A DNA stretch of 64,000 bases from Hydrogenophaga sp. (GCF_036675665.1 NZ_JAKFEO010000015.1:70889-134888); one strand, 5' to 3'. Positions 19,824 to 30,260 are shown, counted from the stretch's first letter. A program made the numbers and translations. Notes: generated by a model from the letters alone, not told the origin.

Positions 19824-22800
19824 TCAAGCTTTTCCGTAGCCGCCACCGCCGGGGGTGTGGATCTCGAAGATGTCGCCTGGCTTCATTTCCGCCTGCCCGA
19901 TGTGGCCCAGCTCCTCCTCTGAGCCATCTACCCGCACCACTCGATTGAGGCCCACCTGACCGGCCTGCCCACCGCCCATGCCGAACGCGCCGTGGAGGCG
20001 GCCATTGGACAGGATGCTGGCAGTCATGTCTTCGAGGAAACGAACGCGCCGCACGCCGCCGTGCCCCCCGTGCCAGCGGCCTGTGCCGCCTGAGCCTTCG
20101 CGGATCTCGTAGCTCTCCAGCCGAACCGGGAAGCGGAACTCCAGCACTTCGGGATCGGTCAGGCGTGAGTTGGTCATGTGGGTCTGCACCACGCTCGTGC
20201 CATCAAATCCCTCTCCCGCGCCACTGCCGCCCGAGATCGTTTCGTAATACTGGTGGGCCGCGTTGCCGAAGGTGAAGTTGTTCATCGTGCACTGACTCGC
20301 AGCCATCACGCCCAGCGCGCCATACAAGGCGTTGGTGATGCAGCTGGAGGTCTCCACGTTGCCGGCCACCACCGATGCCGGCGGATTGGGGTTGAGCATG
20401 GAGCCCGCGGGGATGATGACCTTGAGTGGCTTGAGGCAGCCGGCGTTCAGCGGGATATCGTCGTCGACCAAGGTGCGGAACACATAGAGCACAGCGGCCA
20501 TGCACACCGCGGTGGGGGCGTTGAAGTTGTTGAGTTGCTGAGCCGACGTTCCAGTGAAGTCGATCTCTGCGCTGCGCTGTGCGGTATTCACCCGCACGGC
20601 CACCTGAATCTGCGCACCGTTGTCCAGCGGCAGGGTGAATGCGCCGTCTTTGAGGCGCGTGATCACGCGTCGCACCGACTCTTCCGCGTTGTCCTGTACA
20701 TGGCGCATGTAGGCTTGCACCACGTCAAGACCGAACTGCTCGACCATCTTGCGCAGCTCCTGCACACCCTTTTCGTTGGCGGCGATCTGTGCCTTGAGGT
20801 CGGCCATGTTCTGCTGCGGGTTGCGAGAGGGAAACTCTCCGCCTTGCAACAGCGCCACCATCTCGGCTTCGAGCAAGACGCCACGATCAACCAACTTGAC
20901 GTTGTTGATCTGCACGCCCTCTTGTTCGATGCGCGTTGAGAACGGAGGCATGGACCCTGGAGTGGTGCCCCCGATGTCGGCATGGTGGCCGCGCGAGCCG
21001 ACGTAGAACGTGGGCTTGTTGCCCAGGTACACCGGCGTGATCACGGTCACGTCGGGCAGGTGGGTTCCACCGTGGTATGGGTCATTGAGCGCATACACAT
21101 CGCCACGCTGCATCTTGCCGGCGTTCTCACGGATCACGGTCTTGATGCTCTCGCCCATGGAGCCCAGGTGCACCGGCATGTGAGGTGCATTGGCAATCAA
21201 GTTGCCCTCGGCGTCGAACAGCGCGCACGAGAAGTCGAGTCGCTCCTTGATGTTGACCGAGTAGGCAGTGTTCTGCAGTTGCAGCCCCATCTGCTCGGCG
21301 ATGTTCATGAACAGATTGTTGAACACCTCCAGCAGCACGGGGTCCACCGTGGTGCCCACGGCGTAGGTCACGGTACGCGGCACGCGGCGGTCCAGAACCA
21401 GGTGATCGAGCGCGGTCAGAACAGCTTCCCAACCCGGCTCCACCACCGTTGTGGCATTCTTTTCGGCAATGATCGCCGGCCCTGGAATCACGTCACCCGG
21501 GCGCAGATCCTCGCGCACCACCAGGGCAGCGTCCAACCATTGACCACCGGAATACATGCGCACGGTTTCGCGCCGCGGCACTTCGCGGGCTTCATGCGTT
21601 TCAAAGCGGGGTTCGTCGGGCGCGTCGCCCGGCACCACCGCTTCCACCGACACCGCTTCCACCACCAGGCGCTTGCCTTGCATCAGGAAAGAGAAGCGCT
21701 GGCGGTAAGCGGACTCGAAGCCAGCCTGGATCGTGGCAAGGTCCCCGAATGGCACAACCAATGCCGAGTCGCTGCCTTCGTAGCGCACGTGCACCCTGTG
21801 GTGCACCTTGGCTTCACCCGCATTCACCTGCTGGCGTTCCAGTTCCGCTTGCGCGGTTGCGCCCAATGCATCGAGTTTTTCAGCAATCAGCGGCAAGGAG
21901 GTGGCCGCCAGCGGCAACTCCACCGCCTGCTCACGAATGACGTTTTGATCCGCCAGACCCATGCCGTAAGCGCTGAGCACGCCTGCAAGCGGGTGCACGA
22001 ACACGCGCGTCATGCCCAATGCATCAGCGACCAGGCAGGCGTGTTGCCCGCCCGCACCGCCGAAGCACTGCAGTGTGTAGCGTGTGACGTCATAACCGCG
22101 TGCGACTGAAATCTTCTTGATCGCGTTGGCCATCTGCTGAACCGCGATATTGATGAAACCTTCTGCCACTTCTTCAGGTGGACGACCGGTCTGCGCCGCC
22201 AATTCACCGAATCGAGCCTGCACCGCCTCCAGGCTCAACGCCTCGTTGGCCTTGGGGCCGAACACCTTGGGGAAATGGCGCGGCTGGATCTTGCCGGTCA
22301 TCACGTTGGCATCGGTGACCGCCAGCGGTCCGCCACGGCGGTAGCTGGCGGGTCCTGGGTTGGCACCTGCACTTTCGGGGCCCACACGGAAGCGGGCACC
22401 GTCGAATGAAAGAATGGAGCCTCCACCGGCCGCCACGGTGTGGATGCTCATCATGGGTGCGCGCATGCGCACACCCGCCACCTGGGTTTCAAACTCGCGT
22501 TCGAATTCACCCGCATAGTGTGAAACGTCGGTGGAGGTGCCACCCATGTCAAAGCCGATCACCTTGTCCTGGCCCGCCAGGCCCGCCGTGCGGGCCATGC
22601 CCACAATGCCGCCAGCCGGACCTGAGAGGATCGCATCCTTGCCCTGGAACGCTCGCGCGTCCGTCAATCCGCCCGAAGACTGCATGAAGAACAGCTTGAC
22701 ACCCGGCATCTCGCCGGCCACCTGCTCCACATAGCGTCGCAGGATGGGCGAGAGGTAGGCGTCGACCACGGTCGTGTCGCCGCGGCTCACGAACTTCATC

Positions 22801-23417
22801 ATCGGACTGGTCTCATGCGAGGTGCTCACCTGCGTGAAGCCGACCTCACGGGCAATGCGACTGGCGGCCTGTTCGTGGGCGGTGAAGCGGTAGCCGTGCA
22901 TGAACACGATGGCCATGCTGCGCAGTCCGCGCGCGTATGCGGCCAACAAATCTCGACGCAACGCCACCTCATCCAGCACCTGCAGCACATTGCCGTGCGC
23001 GCTGACACGTTCCTGTGCCTCAATCACCTCGCTGTACAGCAACTCGGGCAAGACAATGCGGCGATCGAACAGGCGCGGGCGGTTTTGGTACGCGATGCGA
23101 AGCGCATCACGAAAACCGCGTGTGGTCACGAGCAGCGTTGGTTCGCCCTTGCGCTCCAGCAGCGCGTTGGTGGCCACAGTGGTGCCCATCTTCACGCACT
23201 CCACGAGCGCAGGCGTCACAGGCTCGCCGTGTTTCAAACCCAGCAGGTGGCGAATGCCGGCCACCGCCGCATCACGGTACTGCTCGGGGTTCTCGGACAA
23301 AAGCTTGTGGGTGGTGAGTGAACCATCCGGCTTCTTGGCCACGATGTCGGTGAAGGTGCCGCCACGATCGATCCAGAATTGCCAGCGGCTGCCCAGTGGG
23401 GAAGTGTTGTCTTGCAT
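19824..23417 (-). CDS. ATP-dependent 5-oxoprolinase / N-methylhydantoinase family, fused HyuA-HyuB (OplAH type)
   Basis: A 1197-aa ORF. The N-terminus [21 protein letters not shown] marks the hydantoinase A ATPase. The C-terminal half ([20 protein letters not shown]) is the hydantoinase B/oxoprolinase domain. Confidence 0.9.
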   Translation of the reverse strand: MQDNTSPLGSRWQFWIDRGGTFTDIVAKKPDGSLTTHKLLSENPEQYRDAAVAGIRHLLGLKHGEPVTPALVECVKMGTTVATNALLERKGEPTLLVTTRGFRDALRIAYQNRPRLFDRRIVLPELLYSEVIEAQERVSAHGNVLQVLDEVALRRDLLAAYARGLRSMAIVFMHGYRFTAHEQAASRIAREVGFTQVSTSHETSPMMKFVSRGDTTVVDAYLSPILRRYVEQVAGEMPGVKLFFMQSSGGLTDARAFQGKDAILSGPAGGIVGMARTAGLAGQDKVIGFDMGGTSTDVSHYAGEFEREFETQVAGVRMRAPMMSIHTVAAGGGSILSFDGARFRVGPESAGANPGPASYRRGGPLAVTDANVMTGKIQPRHFPKVFGPKANEALSLEAVQARFGELAAQTGRPPEEVAEGFINIAVQQMANAIKKISVARGYDVTRYTLQCFGGAGGQHACLVADALGMTRVFVHPLAGVLSAYGMGLADQNVIREQAVELPLAATSLPLIAEKLDALGATAQAELERQQVNAGEAKVHHRVHVRYEGSDSALVVPFGDLATIQAGFESAYRQRFSFLMQGKRLVVEAVSVEAVVPGDAPDEPRFETHEAREVPRRETVRMYSGGQWLDAALVVREDLRPGDVIPGPAIIAEKNATTVVEPGWEAVLTALDHLVLDRRVPRTVTYAVGTTVDPVLLEVFNNLFMNIAEQMGLQLQNTAYSVNIKERLDFSCALFDAEGNLIANAPHMPVHLGSMGESIKTVIRENAGKMQRGDVYALNDPYHGGTHLPDVTVITPVYLGNKPTFYVGSRGHHADIGGTTPGSMPPFSTRIEQEGVQINNVKLVDRGVLLEAEMVALLQGGEFPSRNPQQNMADLKAQIAANEKGVQELRKMVEQFGLDVVQAYMRHVQDNAEESVRRVITRLKDGAFTLPLDNGAQIQVAVRVNTAQRSAEIDFTGTSAQQLNNFNAPTAVCMAAVLYVFRTLVDDDIPLNAGCLKPLKVIIPAGSMLNPNPPASVVAGNVETSSCITNALYGALGVMAASQCTMNNFTFGNAAHQYYETISGGSGAGEGFDGTSVVQTHMTNSRLTDPEVLEFRFPVRLESYEIREGSGGTGRWHGGHGGVRRVRFLEDMTASILSNGRLHGAFGMGGGQAGQVGLNRVVRVDGSEEELGHIGQAEMKPGDIFEIHTPGGGGYGKA

Positions 23418-23429
23418 GATTTGCGAACT

Positions 23430-24392
23430 TTAACGTTGAAGGTAGTAGGGAACGAAGATCAGGTTGGCTTCGCTGCCCACCGATCTCACCCATTCACGGG
23501 AAAACTTTTCGCCCAGACGCTTGAGTTCAGCTTCGAAGCCGAGTGGCACGCGGCCCACCTTGATGCCGCGGCGCTGCAACTCCTGGGTGGATTCGTTGGC
23601 CACCGCCTCACTCAGCGCCCAGCCGCGTACCTCGGCGCGGGCGGCAGCCTGGGTCACCGCCTCACGGACTGATGTGGGCAAAGCGTCAAAAGCCTTGGCA
23701 TTGACGAACACAATGTTTTTGGGGAACCAGGCGTTGATACCGTAGTAGAAGCCGATCTGGTCCCACACGCGGTTCTCCACCCCGGTCACGGCGGAGGTGA
23801 TCATGCTGTCCACCCTGCGGTCGGCGAGCGCCTGATTGACCTCGACCATCGGCACATCCACCGGCGAAGCACCCAGCATCTCGGCGATGCGCACGGTGGA
23901 CTGGTTGTAGGTGCGCATGCGTGTGCCTTTGAAGTCGGCCGCCGAGTGCACTGGCTGGTTGGTGAACAACCCTTGAGGTGGCCAGGGCACCACGTACAAA
24001 GCCTTCAACCCTCTCGCTCCAAAATGCTTCTCGATCAATGGGCGCTGCAAATGCCAGAGCCGACGGGCATCACCATAGCTTTGCACCACGAAGGGAATGG
24101 CATCGGCCCCCGCGATCGGGATATCCCCCACCATGCTGGTCATGATGGTCTCACCCGCCTCCACCTTGCCCTCTTGCACCGCCCGACGGATCTCCACGAG
24201 CTTGAACAGGGTGTTGTCGGGGCGAAGCTCGATGCGCAACGCGCCAGCCGTGGCTTGCTCCACATCGCCCGCGAACTGGGCAAGGTTCTGCGTGTGAAAT
24301 GAGTCCGCCCTGTAGCCAGTTGCCAGTTGCCAGCGCGTCTGCGCGTGCGTCACCGAGGCCGCAGTCAATGCGGCCAGCAGAAACAGCTTCAT
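23430..24392 (-). CDS. TRAP transporter substrate-binding protein (DctP family), paralogue 2
   Basis: ORF 23430..24398(-). The start was chosen at MKLFLLAALTAASVTHAQT (GGAG sits 6 nt upstream of the ATG at 24392). It is a paralogue of the proteins at 26339..27307 and 29293..30258. Confidence 0.85.
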   Translation of the reverse strand: MKLFLLAALTAASVTHAQTRWQLATGYRADSFHTQNLAQFAGDVEQATAGALRIELRPDNTLFKLVEIRRAVQEGKVEAGETIMTSMVGDIPIAGADAIPFVVQSYGDARRLWHLQRPLIEKHFGARGLKALYVVPWPPQGLFTNQPVHSAADFKGTRMRTYNQSTVRIAEMLGASPVDVPMVEVNQALADRRVDSMITSAVTGVENRVWDQIGFYYGINAWFPKNIVFVNAKAFDALPTSVREAVTQAAARAEVRGWALSEAVANESTQELQRRGIKVGRVPLGFEAELKRLGEKFSREWVRSVGSEANLIFVPYYLQR

Positions 24393-24419
24393 GGGCATCT
24401 CCGGTTCAGTGGGCCAGGC

Positions 24420-25718
24420 TCAACTCTGCATCTGGCGCGGCAGCCACAGCACGATGTCGGGAACAAAGTAGGTCAGGAGCACCGCGACCAGCATCAGCAG
24501 GAACAGCGGCAATGCGGTGCGGGCAATCCAGGTCACTTCGCGCCGGGTCAATCCCTGGATCACAAACAAATTGAAGCCCACCGGGGGTGTGATCTGTGCC
24601 ATCTCGACCACCAGCACGATGAAGATGCCGAACCAGATGAGGTCGAAGCCGGCGGCTTCGACGGTGGGCAACAACACCGCAATGGTCAGCACCACCATCG
24701 AAATGCCATCCAGAAAACACCCGAGCACGATGAAGAACACGATCAACATCAGCATCAGATTGAACGGCGACAGGTGCAACCCGCCGATGAATTCGGCCAG
24801 GTGGCGCGGCAGACCAATGAAGCCCATGGCCAGGGTGAGGAACGCAGCGCCCGCCAGGATCAACCCGATCATGCAGTAGATGCGACAGGCAGCGACCAAA
24901 CCGTCCTTGAAGCGCGCCCAGTCCAGCGAGCCCTCGATCCTGGCCAGGAACAGAGCGCCGCCAACACCCAATGCGGCCGCTTCGGTGGCGGTGGCAATGC
25001 CGCTGTAGATACCCCCCAGCACCAGAGCGATCAGTGAGACCACCGGGATCAGGTGCCGCGAGGCATGGATCTTCTGAGCAAAGGTCATGGCCGTATCGGC
25101 GGCGGGAACCTTGTCCTTGTTGAACAGAGCCCACACGATGATGTAGCCCATGAACAGCATTGCCAGCATCAAGCCCGGCAACACACCGGCCAGAAACAGC
25201 TTGGAGATCGAGACGTTGGCCGCGACACCGTAGACGATCATGATGATCGAAGGGGGAATCAGCAGGCCCAGCGTGCCAGCGCCGGCGAGCGTGCCCACCG
25301 AGATGTCTTCAGGGTACCCCCGCTTCTTCAACTCCGGCAGCGTGATCTTGCCGATGGTGGCGCAGGTGGCCGCGGACGAACCCGAGATCGCCGCGAAGAT
25401 GGTGCAGCCCACGACGTTGGTGTGGAGCAGGCGGCCCGGCAGTCGATCGAGCCAGGGGGCCAGGCCCTTGAACATGTCGTCCGAAAGCTTGCTTCGAAAC
25501 AGAATCTCGCCCATCCACAGGAACAGCGGCAGCGCCGTCAGAGTCCAGCTTGATGTTGAACCCCAGATGGTCAACATCATGCTGTCACCGACGGGGCGAG
25601 AGGTGAACAGATCCATGCCGATCAGCGCCACCGCGAGCAGGGACAGGCCAATCCACAAACCGCCACCCAGCAGGGCGAGCAGCAGCAGCATCAGGCCTGC
25701 GGCAATCAAGATATCCAT
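24420..25718 (-). CDS. TRAP transporter large permease (DctM)
   Basis: A 432-aa polytopic ORF. It is a close paralogue of 30886..32181 (FRSKLSDDMFKGLAPWLDRLPGRLLHTNV versus FRTKLSESMFRGLAPWVNALPGRLLHTNI). Confidence 0.9.
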   Translation of the reverse strand: MDILIAAGLMLLLLALLGGGLWIGLSLLAVALIGMDLFTSRPVGDSMMLTIWGSTSSWTLTALPLFLWMGEILFRSKLSDDMFKGLAPWLDRLPGRLLHTNVVGCTIFAAISGSSAATCATIGKITLPELKKRGYPEDISVGTLAGAGTLGLLIPPSIIMIVYGVAANVSISKLFLAGVLPGLMLAMLFMGYIIVWALFNKDKVPAADTAMTFAQKIHASRHLIPVVSLIALVLGGIYSGIATATEAAALGVGGALFLARIEGSLDWARFKDGLVAACRIYCMIGLILAGAAFLTLAMGFIGLPRHLAEFIGGLHLSPFNLMLMLIVFFIVLGCFLDGISMVVLTIAVLLPTVEAAGFDLIWFGIFIVLVVEMAQITPPVGFNLFVIQGLTRREVTWIARTALPLFLLMLVAVLLTYFVPDIVLWLPRQMQS

Positions 25719-25745
25719 GGAAATTCCTTCGAGGCAGAGCGGGAG

Positions 25746-26285
25746 TTATTCGATGTGCGCGGCTTCTGTGCTCACCGCAATGAAGTGGCCGCCCTGCCAG
25801 CGCATCAGCAGCGCATGGGCAAATGACAGCGCAAAGCCAACGCAACCCAGCGCCATGCCGAGTTGGGGAATCCACAGAGGCGTGGCGTCTGCACCCGGGG
25901 AGATGTCGTGCGTGTCCCAAGAGACCCAAACGAGTCGGATGGCGTACCAGGCCAACGCCAGCGCGATGACCAACCCTCCGGCGAGACAGATCCATTCCAG
26001 CGCACCACGAACACGTGTCGGCAAACGGTCCAGCAACAGCGTCACGCGAATGTGATCGCCATGCCGCAGCGTGGTGGGCAGGGCGAGAAACAGCGCACAA
26101 GCAATGGCATAGCCCGCATAGGCATCAAGCCCCGGGATGTCCCAATGCACTTCACGCGCCACGACACCGAGCAGCACGGCGGCAAAAGCCGCGATCATGG
26201 ATACGCACGACAGGAACATCAGCCCCTGGTAGAAACGAAAGGCGAATTGGGACACCGCACTCTCCTGGGTTCGGTTGAAGGGCAA
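25746..26285 (-). CDS. TRAP transporter small permease (DctQ)
   Basis: A 179-aa ORF with four TM segments. Its position between DctP and DctM fits, and it is a paralogue of 30390..30893. Confidence 0.8.
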   Translation of the reverse strand: MPFNRTQESAVSQFAFRFYQGLMFLSCVSMIAAFAAVLLGVVAREVHWDIPGLDAYAGYAIACALFLALPTTLRHGDHIRVTLLLDRLPTRVRGALEWICLAGGLVIALALAWYAIRLVWVSWDTHDISPGADATPLWIPQLGMALGCVGFALSFAHALLMRWQGGHFIAVSTEAAHIE

Positions 26286-26338
26286 AAAAAAGGGAGTGAG
26301 GCGAGCGGGCAGAAGCGCCCGCCCGTCAGGGAGGCGGC

Positions 26339-27307
26339 TTACCGCACGCCGCGGTAAGCGTCGATCACGGCCTGGCCTTCGGGGCCGGCGGTCTTGAGCC
26401 AGTCGCTGGTCATGGTTTCGCCGATGGCGGCGAGCTCTTTCTTGAGGCTGTCGGACGGTTCTGCAATCGTCATGCCCTTGGCGCCGAGTTCCTTGATGAA
26501 CTCGCCGTTGAGTCTCTCACTGGTGACCCAGCCGCGCTGCTCAGCCGCAGCAGCCGCCTTGATCACGGCGTCCTGCAGGGGCTTGTCCAGCGCATCAAAG
26601 GCCTTCTGGTTCACCACGGTGGCGTTGCGCGGCAACCATGCGCTGACCGGGTAGAAGTACTTCACCTGCTCGTACAGCTTGCTCTCGACACCACTGGCGC
26701 TGGAGGTGAGGAAGTTCTGCACCCCACCGGTGGCCAGCGCCTGCGGCAGTTCTGCCAGCTGGATGGTGACCGGCTGGGCCTTGAGCAACTGCGCAATGCG
26801 CGTGGTGGCGGGGTTGTAGGCACGCATCTTCGTGCCAGCCAGATCGGCGGGGCTATTCACCGGCTTGATCGAGTAGAGCGACTGACCGGGCCATGGCACG
26901 GTGAACAACACTTTCATGCCCTGGGAACCCAACAGCTTGTCCTGGGCCGGTTTGCCTGCTTCGTACAGGCGCTTGGCCGCGGGGTAGGTGGTGGCCAGAA
27001 AGGGGATGGAGTCCAGACCGAACAGGGCGTTCTCGTTGGCCGACCCCGACAGGATGAACTCGGCCACCGGCACCTGAGCGGTCTGCACGGCGCGCTTGAT
27101 CTCGTTGGCCTTGTAGAGCGAGCCGCCCGGATGCACCGTGATCTTGAGTTTGCCGCCGGTGAGCTGGTCCACCTCGTCGGCGAACTGCTGCACGTTCTGG
27201 GTCTGGAAACTGTTGGCGGAATACCCCGTGGGAAGGTCCCACCTGGTTTGTGCCGAAGCGGCGCCGGCAAGGGTGACAGCGGTAAGGCAGAACAGCATCT
27301 TTTTCAT
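26339..27307 (-). CDS. TRAP transporter substrate-binding protein (DctP family), paralogue 1
   Basis: Lies inside ORF 26339..27439(-), with the start at MKKMLFCLTAVTLAGAASAQTRWDL (cat 27305-27307). Confidence 0.85.
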   Translation of the reverse strand: MKKMLFCLTAVTLAGAASAQTRWDLPTGYSANSFQTQNVQQFADEVDQLTGGKLKITVHPGGSLYKANEIKRAVQTAQVPVAEFILSGSANENALFGLDSIPFLATTYPAAKRLYEAGKPAQDKLLGSQGMKVLFTVPWPGQSLYSIKPVNSPADLAGTKMRAYNPATTRIAQLLKAQPVTIQLAELPQALATGGVQNFLTSSASGVESKLYEQVKYFYPVSAWLPRNATVVNQKAFDALDKPLQDAVIKAAAAAEQRGWVTSERLNGEFIKELGAKGMTIAEPSDSLKKELAAIGETMTSDWLKTAGPEGQAVIDAYRGVR

Positions 27308-27321
27308 CGTAGGCTCCTGGT

Positions 27322-28146
27322 TCAAAAAATGGCTAACTGGTGATTGAGAAGGTCGGTGATCAGCATCGCACCGGGGGCGTGCGTGATGCAGAACGCGGGA
27401 CGGGCCTGCTGGATCGCGGCCTGCGGTGTGACGCCACAAGCCCAGAACACCGGCAGTTCATCGGGCAGCACGTCCACCGCGTCGCCATAGTCGGGCCGCG
27501 AAAGGTCGTGAATGCCGATCTGGGACGGATCACCGATGTGCACCGGTGCACCGTGGACACTGGGAAAGCGCGATGTGACCTGCACCGCTCGGATGGCGTC
27601 TGCAGCCTTCATGGGGCGCATGGACACCACCAAAGGGCCACTGAAAAGGCCGGCTGGTTCCGTGGGGATGTTGGTTCGATACATGGCAACGTTGCGCCCC
27701 TGCTCAACATGGCGCAACGACAAACCAGCCACCATCAGCGCCTGCTCAAAGGAAAACGAACAACCGATCACGAAGCTCACCAGACCTTCACGCCAGAGGC
27801 TGGTGATGTCCGTGGGCTCGTCGATCAGTTCACCATGGCGCCAGACGCGATAGCGCGGCAAGTCGGAACAGATGTTGATGTCCGGACCCAGCGTCGGCAA
27901 CAGGCGATCACCTGGTTCCGACACCGCCAGCAGCGGGCAGGGCTTGGGGTTGCGCTGGCAGTAACGCAGGAAATCCACGGCCAACGACTCCGGCAGGATG
28001 ACAACGTTGCCCTGTACATGCTGGTCGGCCAGGCCGCTGGTGTGTGAACTCCAACGACCCAGGCGGATCAAGCTGCGCACATGGGAAGCGTTCTGCAGGC
28101 CGTCCTGCCCGAACACATCCACCGCCAATTGGGGAGTTGAATCCAC
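27322..28146 (-). CDS. DUF1445 / UPF0317 'putative hydro-lyase' (D-glutamate cyclase-like fold)
   Basis: A 274-aa ORF with a GTG start. It shows [38 protein letters not shown] and PVHIGDP. The last motif, [10 protein letters not shown], is as I recall characteristic of this family. Confidence 0.85.
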   Translation of the reverse strand: MDSTPQLAVDVFGQDGLQNASHVRSLIRLGRWSSHTSGLADQHVQGNVVILPESLAVDFLRYCQRNPKPCPLLAVSEPGDRLLPTLGPDINICSDLPRYRVWRHGELIDEPTDITSLWREGLVSFVIGCSFSFEQALMVAGLSLRHVEQGRNVAMYRTNIPTEPAGLFSGPLVVSMRPMKAADAIRAVQVTSRFPSVHGAPVHIGDPSQIGIHDLSRPDYGDAVDVLPDELPVFWACGVTPQAAIQQARPAFCITHAPGAMLITDLLNHQLAIF

Positions 28147-28244
28147 CGCGTCTCCTGCTGCTTTCGCATGTCACCGTGATGACGATGGGCGGATTGTGGA
28201 GGGCGATCAGCGTGAACTCAAATTCAAAATTTTTCGCTTATCTC

Positions 28245-28259
28245 ATCGATTTTTTCGAT
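28245..28259. promoter_or_regulatory. LysR-type T-N11-A box (ATC-N9-GAT)
   Basis: ATCGATTTTTTCGAT is a perfect dyad in the only AT-rich stretch of this region. It lies 3 nt past the LysR stop and about 100-113 nt upstream of the DUF1445 start at 28146. Confidence 0.45.
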
Positions 28260-28261
28260 GC

Positions 28262-29197
28262 TCACGAACGGGGCACGGTGCGCCTGGATGGTGCACGCGC
28301 GGCGCGAGTCTTGGTACCAAACTGCGCTTCAACGAAGGTCAAGGCCGATTTCACCACCGTCTCCACGGCGTCCGTGGTGGGGTCTGTCCGATAGCTGGCG
28401 TGGATCGGCAACGGCTGCAACGCGCTGTCGCATGCCAGCGGGCGCAGGTCGGGGTAGTTCTGCATGCGCTGGACCGCGTAAAGAGGCAGCGTGGCCACAC
28501 CGAAGCCCCCCTGCACCAGCTGCACCATGGCCGAGATCGACGAGATGGTGTGCACACGACCGGGTTCCACGCCCTCCTGCCGAAACAGATCGATCAGCGC
28601 CACATGCGGGTGGGAACCGCGTTGGAAGGTCAACAGTTCCAGTTCGGACAATTCGCTCAATGCATAACGGCGCTTGCGATGCAGTTGCGCATGCCCCATG
28701 AACACCATCTCCATCGGTGGCAGGCTTCGGCTGCGCACGCCGTCGGCCGCCGCGGGCAACGCGGCAAACACGATGTCCTGCGTGCCGCGTTGCACCTGCT
28801 CCACCAGGATGGGCGTGGTCTCCACCGTGAGTTCCAGCGCCAGCGCAGGGTGGTCGGCGCGCAGTTTCTCGATCCAGGGGATCAACCACGAATGCAGTAC
28901 CGATTCGATGGCGCCAATGCGCAGCGATACCGCCAACGCGGCACCCGATCCCATCTCGGCCTTCACCTCGCGCTGCAGCTCCAGCAGCCGCTGGGCATAA
29001 GTGAAGAAGCGTGTTCCCGCCACCGTCAGGCGGAACTGCTTGTCACGCCGATCCAGCAGCAGAACACCGAGTTCTTCCTCCAGCGCTGCAATGCGGCTGG
29101 ACATGGCCGATTGCGTGAGGAACAGCTTGTCGGCCGCACGCGTGACGCTTTTGAGCGACGCCACCCAGTAAAACGCTTCGACAAATCGCAGGTTCAT
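28262..29197 (-). CDS. LysR-family transcriptional regulator
   Basis: Lies inside ORF 28262..29353(-), with the start at MNLRFVEAFYWVASLKSVTRAADKLFLTQSAMSSRIAALEEELGVLLLDRR (wHTH, cat 29195-29197). Confidence 0.9.
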   Translation of the reverse strand: MNLRFVEAFYWVASLKSVTRAADKLFLTQSAMSSRIAALEEELGVLLLDRRDKQFRLTVAGTRFFTYAQRLLELQREVKAEMGSGAALAVSLRIGAIESVLHSWLIPWIEKLRADHPALALELTVETTPILVEQVQRGTQDIVFAALPAAADGVRSRSLPPMEMVFMGHAQLHRKRRYALSELSELELLTFQRGSHPHVALIDLFRQEGVEPGRVHTISSISAMVQLVQGGFGVATLPLYAVQRMQNYPDLRPLACDSALQPLPIHASYRTDPTTDAVETVVKSALTFVEAQFGTKTRAARAPSRRTVPRS

Positions 29198-29214
29198 GGA
29201 ATCGACTCCGGGGG

Positions 29215-29242
29215 AAATACCCGAGCGTCTGGCCCGGTATTT
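29215..29242. promoter_or_regulatory. inverted repeat in LysR / TRAP-2 divergent intergenic region (candidate operator)
   Basis: AAATACC-N14-GGTATTT, followed by the small palindrome GCATTTATGC. It sits between the LysR start (29197) and the dctP start (29293). Confidence 0.3.
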
Positions 29243-29292
29243 GCATTTATGCTGATGGTCCTCGTCATTCAACCCATTGTCCCGGAGAAACC

Positions 29293-30258
29293 ATGAAGAA
29301 CCAATTTGGCCTGTTCGCCGCCGCCCTTGTCCTGGGCTCCGCTGCCCACGCACAAACCAAATGGGATTTGCCGGCAGCCTACCCGGCGACCAACTTCCAT
29401 TCCGTCAACCTCGCTTCATTCGCGTCCGATGTGCAGAAGGCCACGGGCGGCAAACTGCAGATCACCGTGCACCCCGGTGCATCGTTGTTCAAAGCTCCCG
29501 AGATCAAGCGCGCCGTGCAAGGCGGGCAGGCACAGATCGGCGAGATCCTGTTGGCCGCGTACCAGAATGAATGGCAGATGTTCGGCGCCGATGGCCTGCC
29601 CTTCCTGGCCACCAGTTACGCCGATTCCATGAAGCTCTACAAGGCACAGAAGCCCATTCTGGAGAAGAAGCTCGCAGAGCAGGGCATGACGCTGCTCTAC
29701 ACCGTGGCCTGGCCTCCGCAAGGCATCTACAGCAAGAAGCCCCTGAGCAGCGCGGCCGACCTCAAAGGCAGCAAGTGGCGCGCCTACAGCCCGGCCACCT
29801 CGCGCATCGCCGAACTGGTGGGCGCACAACCGGTCACCGTGCAGGCCGCCGAGCTGTCGCAGGCGCTGGCCACCGGTGCGGTCGAAGCCAACATGACCTC
29901 GGGCGCCACCGGCGTGGACAGCAAGCTTTACGAGCACCTGAAGTTCTACTACGACGTGCAGGCCTGGTTGCCGAAGAACGCCATCATCGTGAACAAGCGC
30001 GCGTTCGACGCACTGGACAAGCCCACGCAGGACGCGCTGCTCAAGGCCGGCGCTGACGCCGAAGCCCGCGGCTGGGCTGCTTCGCAAAAGGTCAACACCG
30101 ACACGCTGGCCATCCTCAAGGCCAATGGCATGGCGGTGGAGCCGCCGTCGGCTGCGCTCAAGGCCGACATGCAGAAGGTGGGTGAGACCATGCTCAAGGA
30201 ATGGCTTGAAAAAGCGGGTCCCGACGGCCAAGCCATGCTCGACGCGTATAAAAAGTAA
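29293..30258 (+). CDS. TRAP transporter substrate-binding protein (DctP family), paralogue 3
   Basis: A 321-aa ORF. It has the signal peptide MKNQFGLFAAALVLGSAAHAQT, and GGAGA lies upstream of the ATG. Confidence 0.88.
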   Translation: MKNQFGLFAAALVLGSAAHAQTKWDLPAAYPATNFHSVNLASFASDVQKATGGKLQITVHPGASLFKAPEIKRAVQGGQAQIGEILLAAYQNEWQMFGADGLPFLATSYADSMKLYKAQKPILEKKLAEQGMTLLYTVAWPPQGIYSKKPLSSAADLKGSKWRAYSPATSRIAELVGAQPVTVQAAELSQALATGAVEANMTSGATGVDSKLYEHLKFYYDVQAWLPKNAIIVNKRAFDALDKPTQDALLKAGADAEARGWAASQKVNTDTLAILKANGMAVEPPSAALKADMQKVGETMLKEWLEKAGPDGQAMLDAYKK

Positions 30259-30260
30259 AC

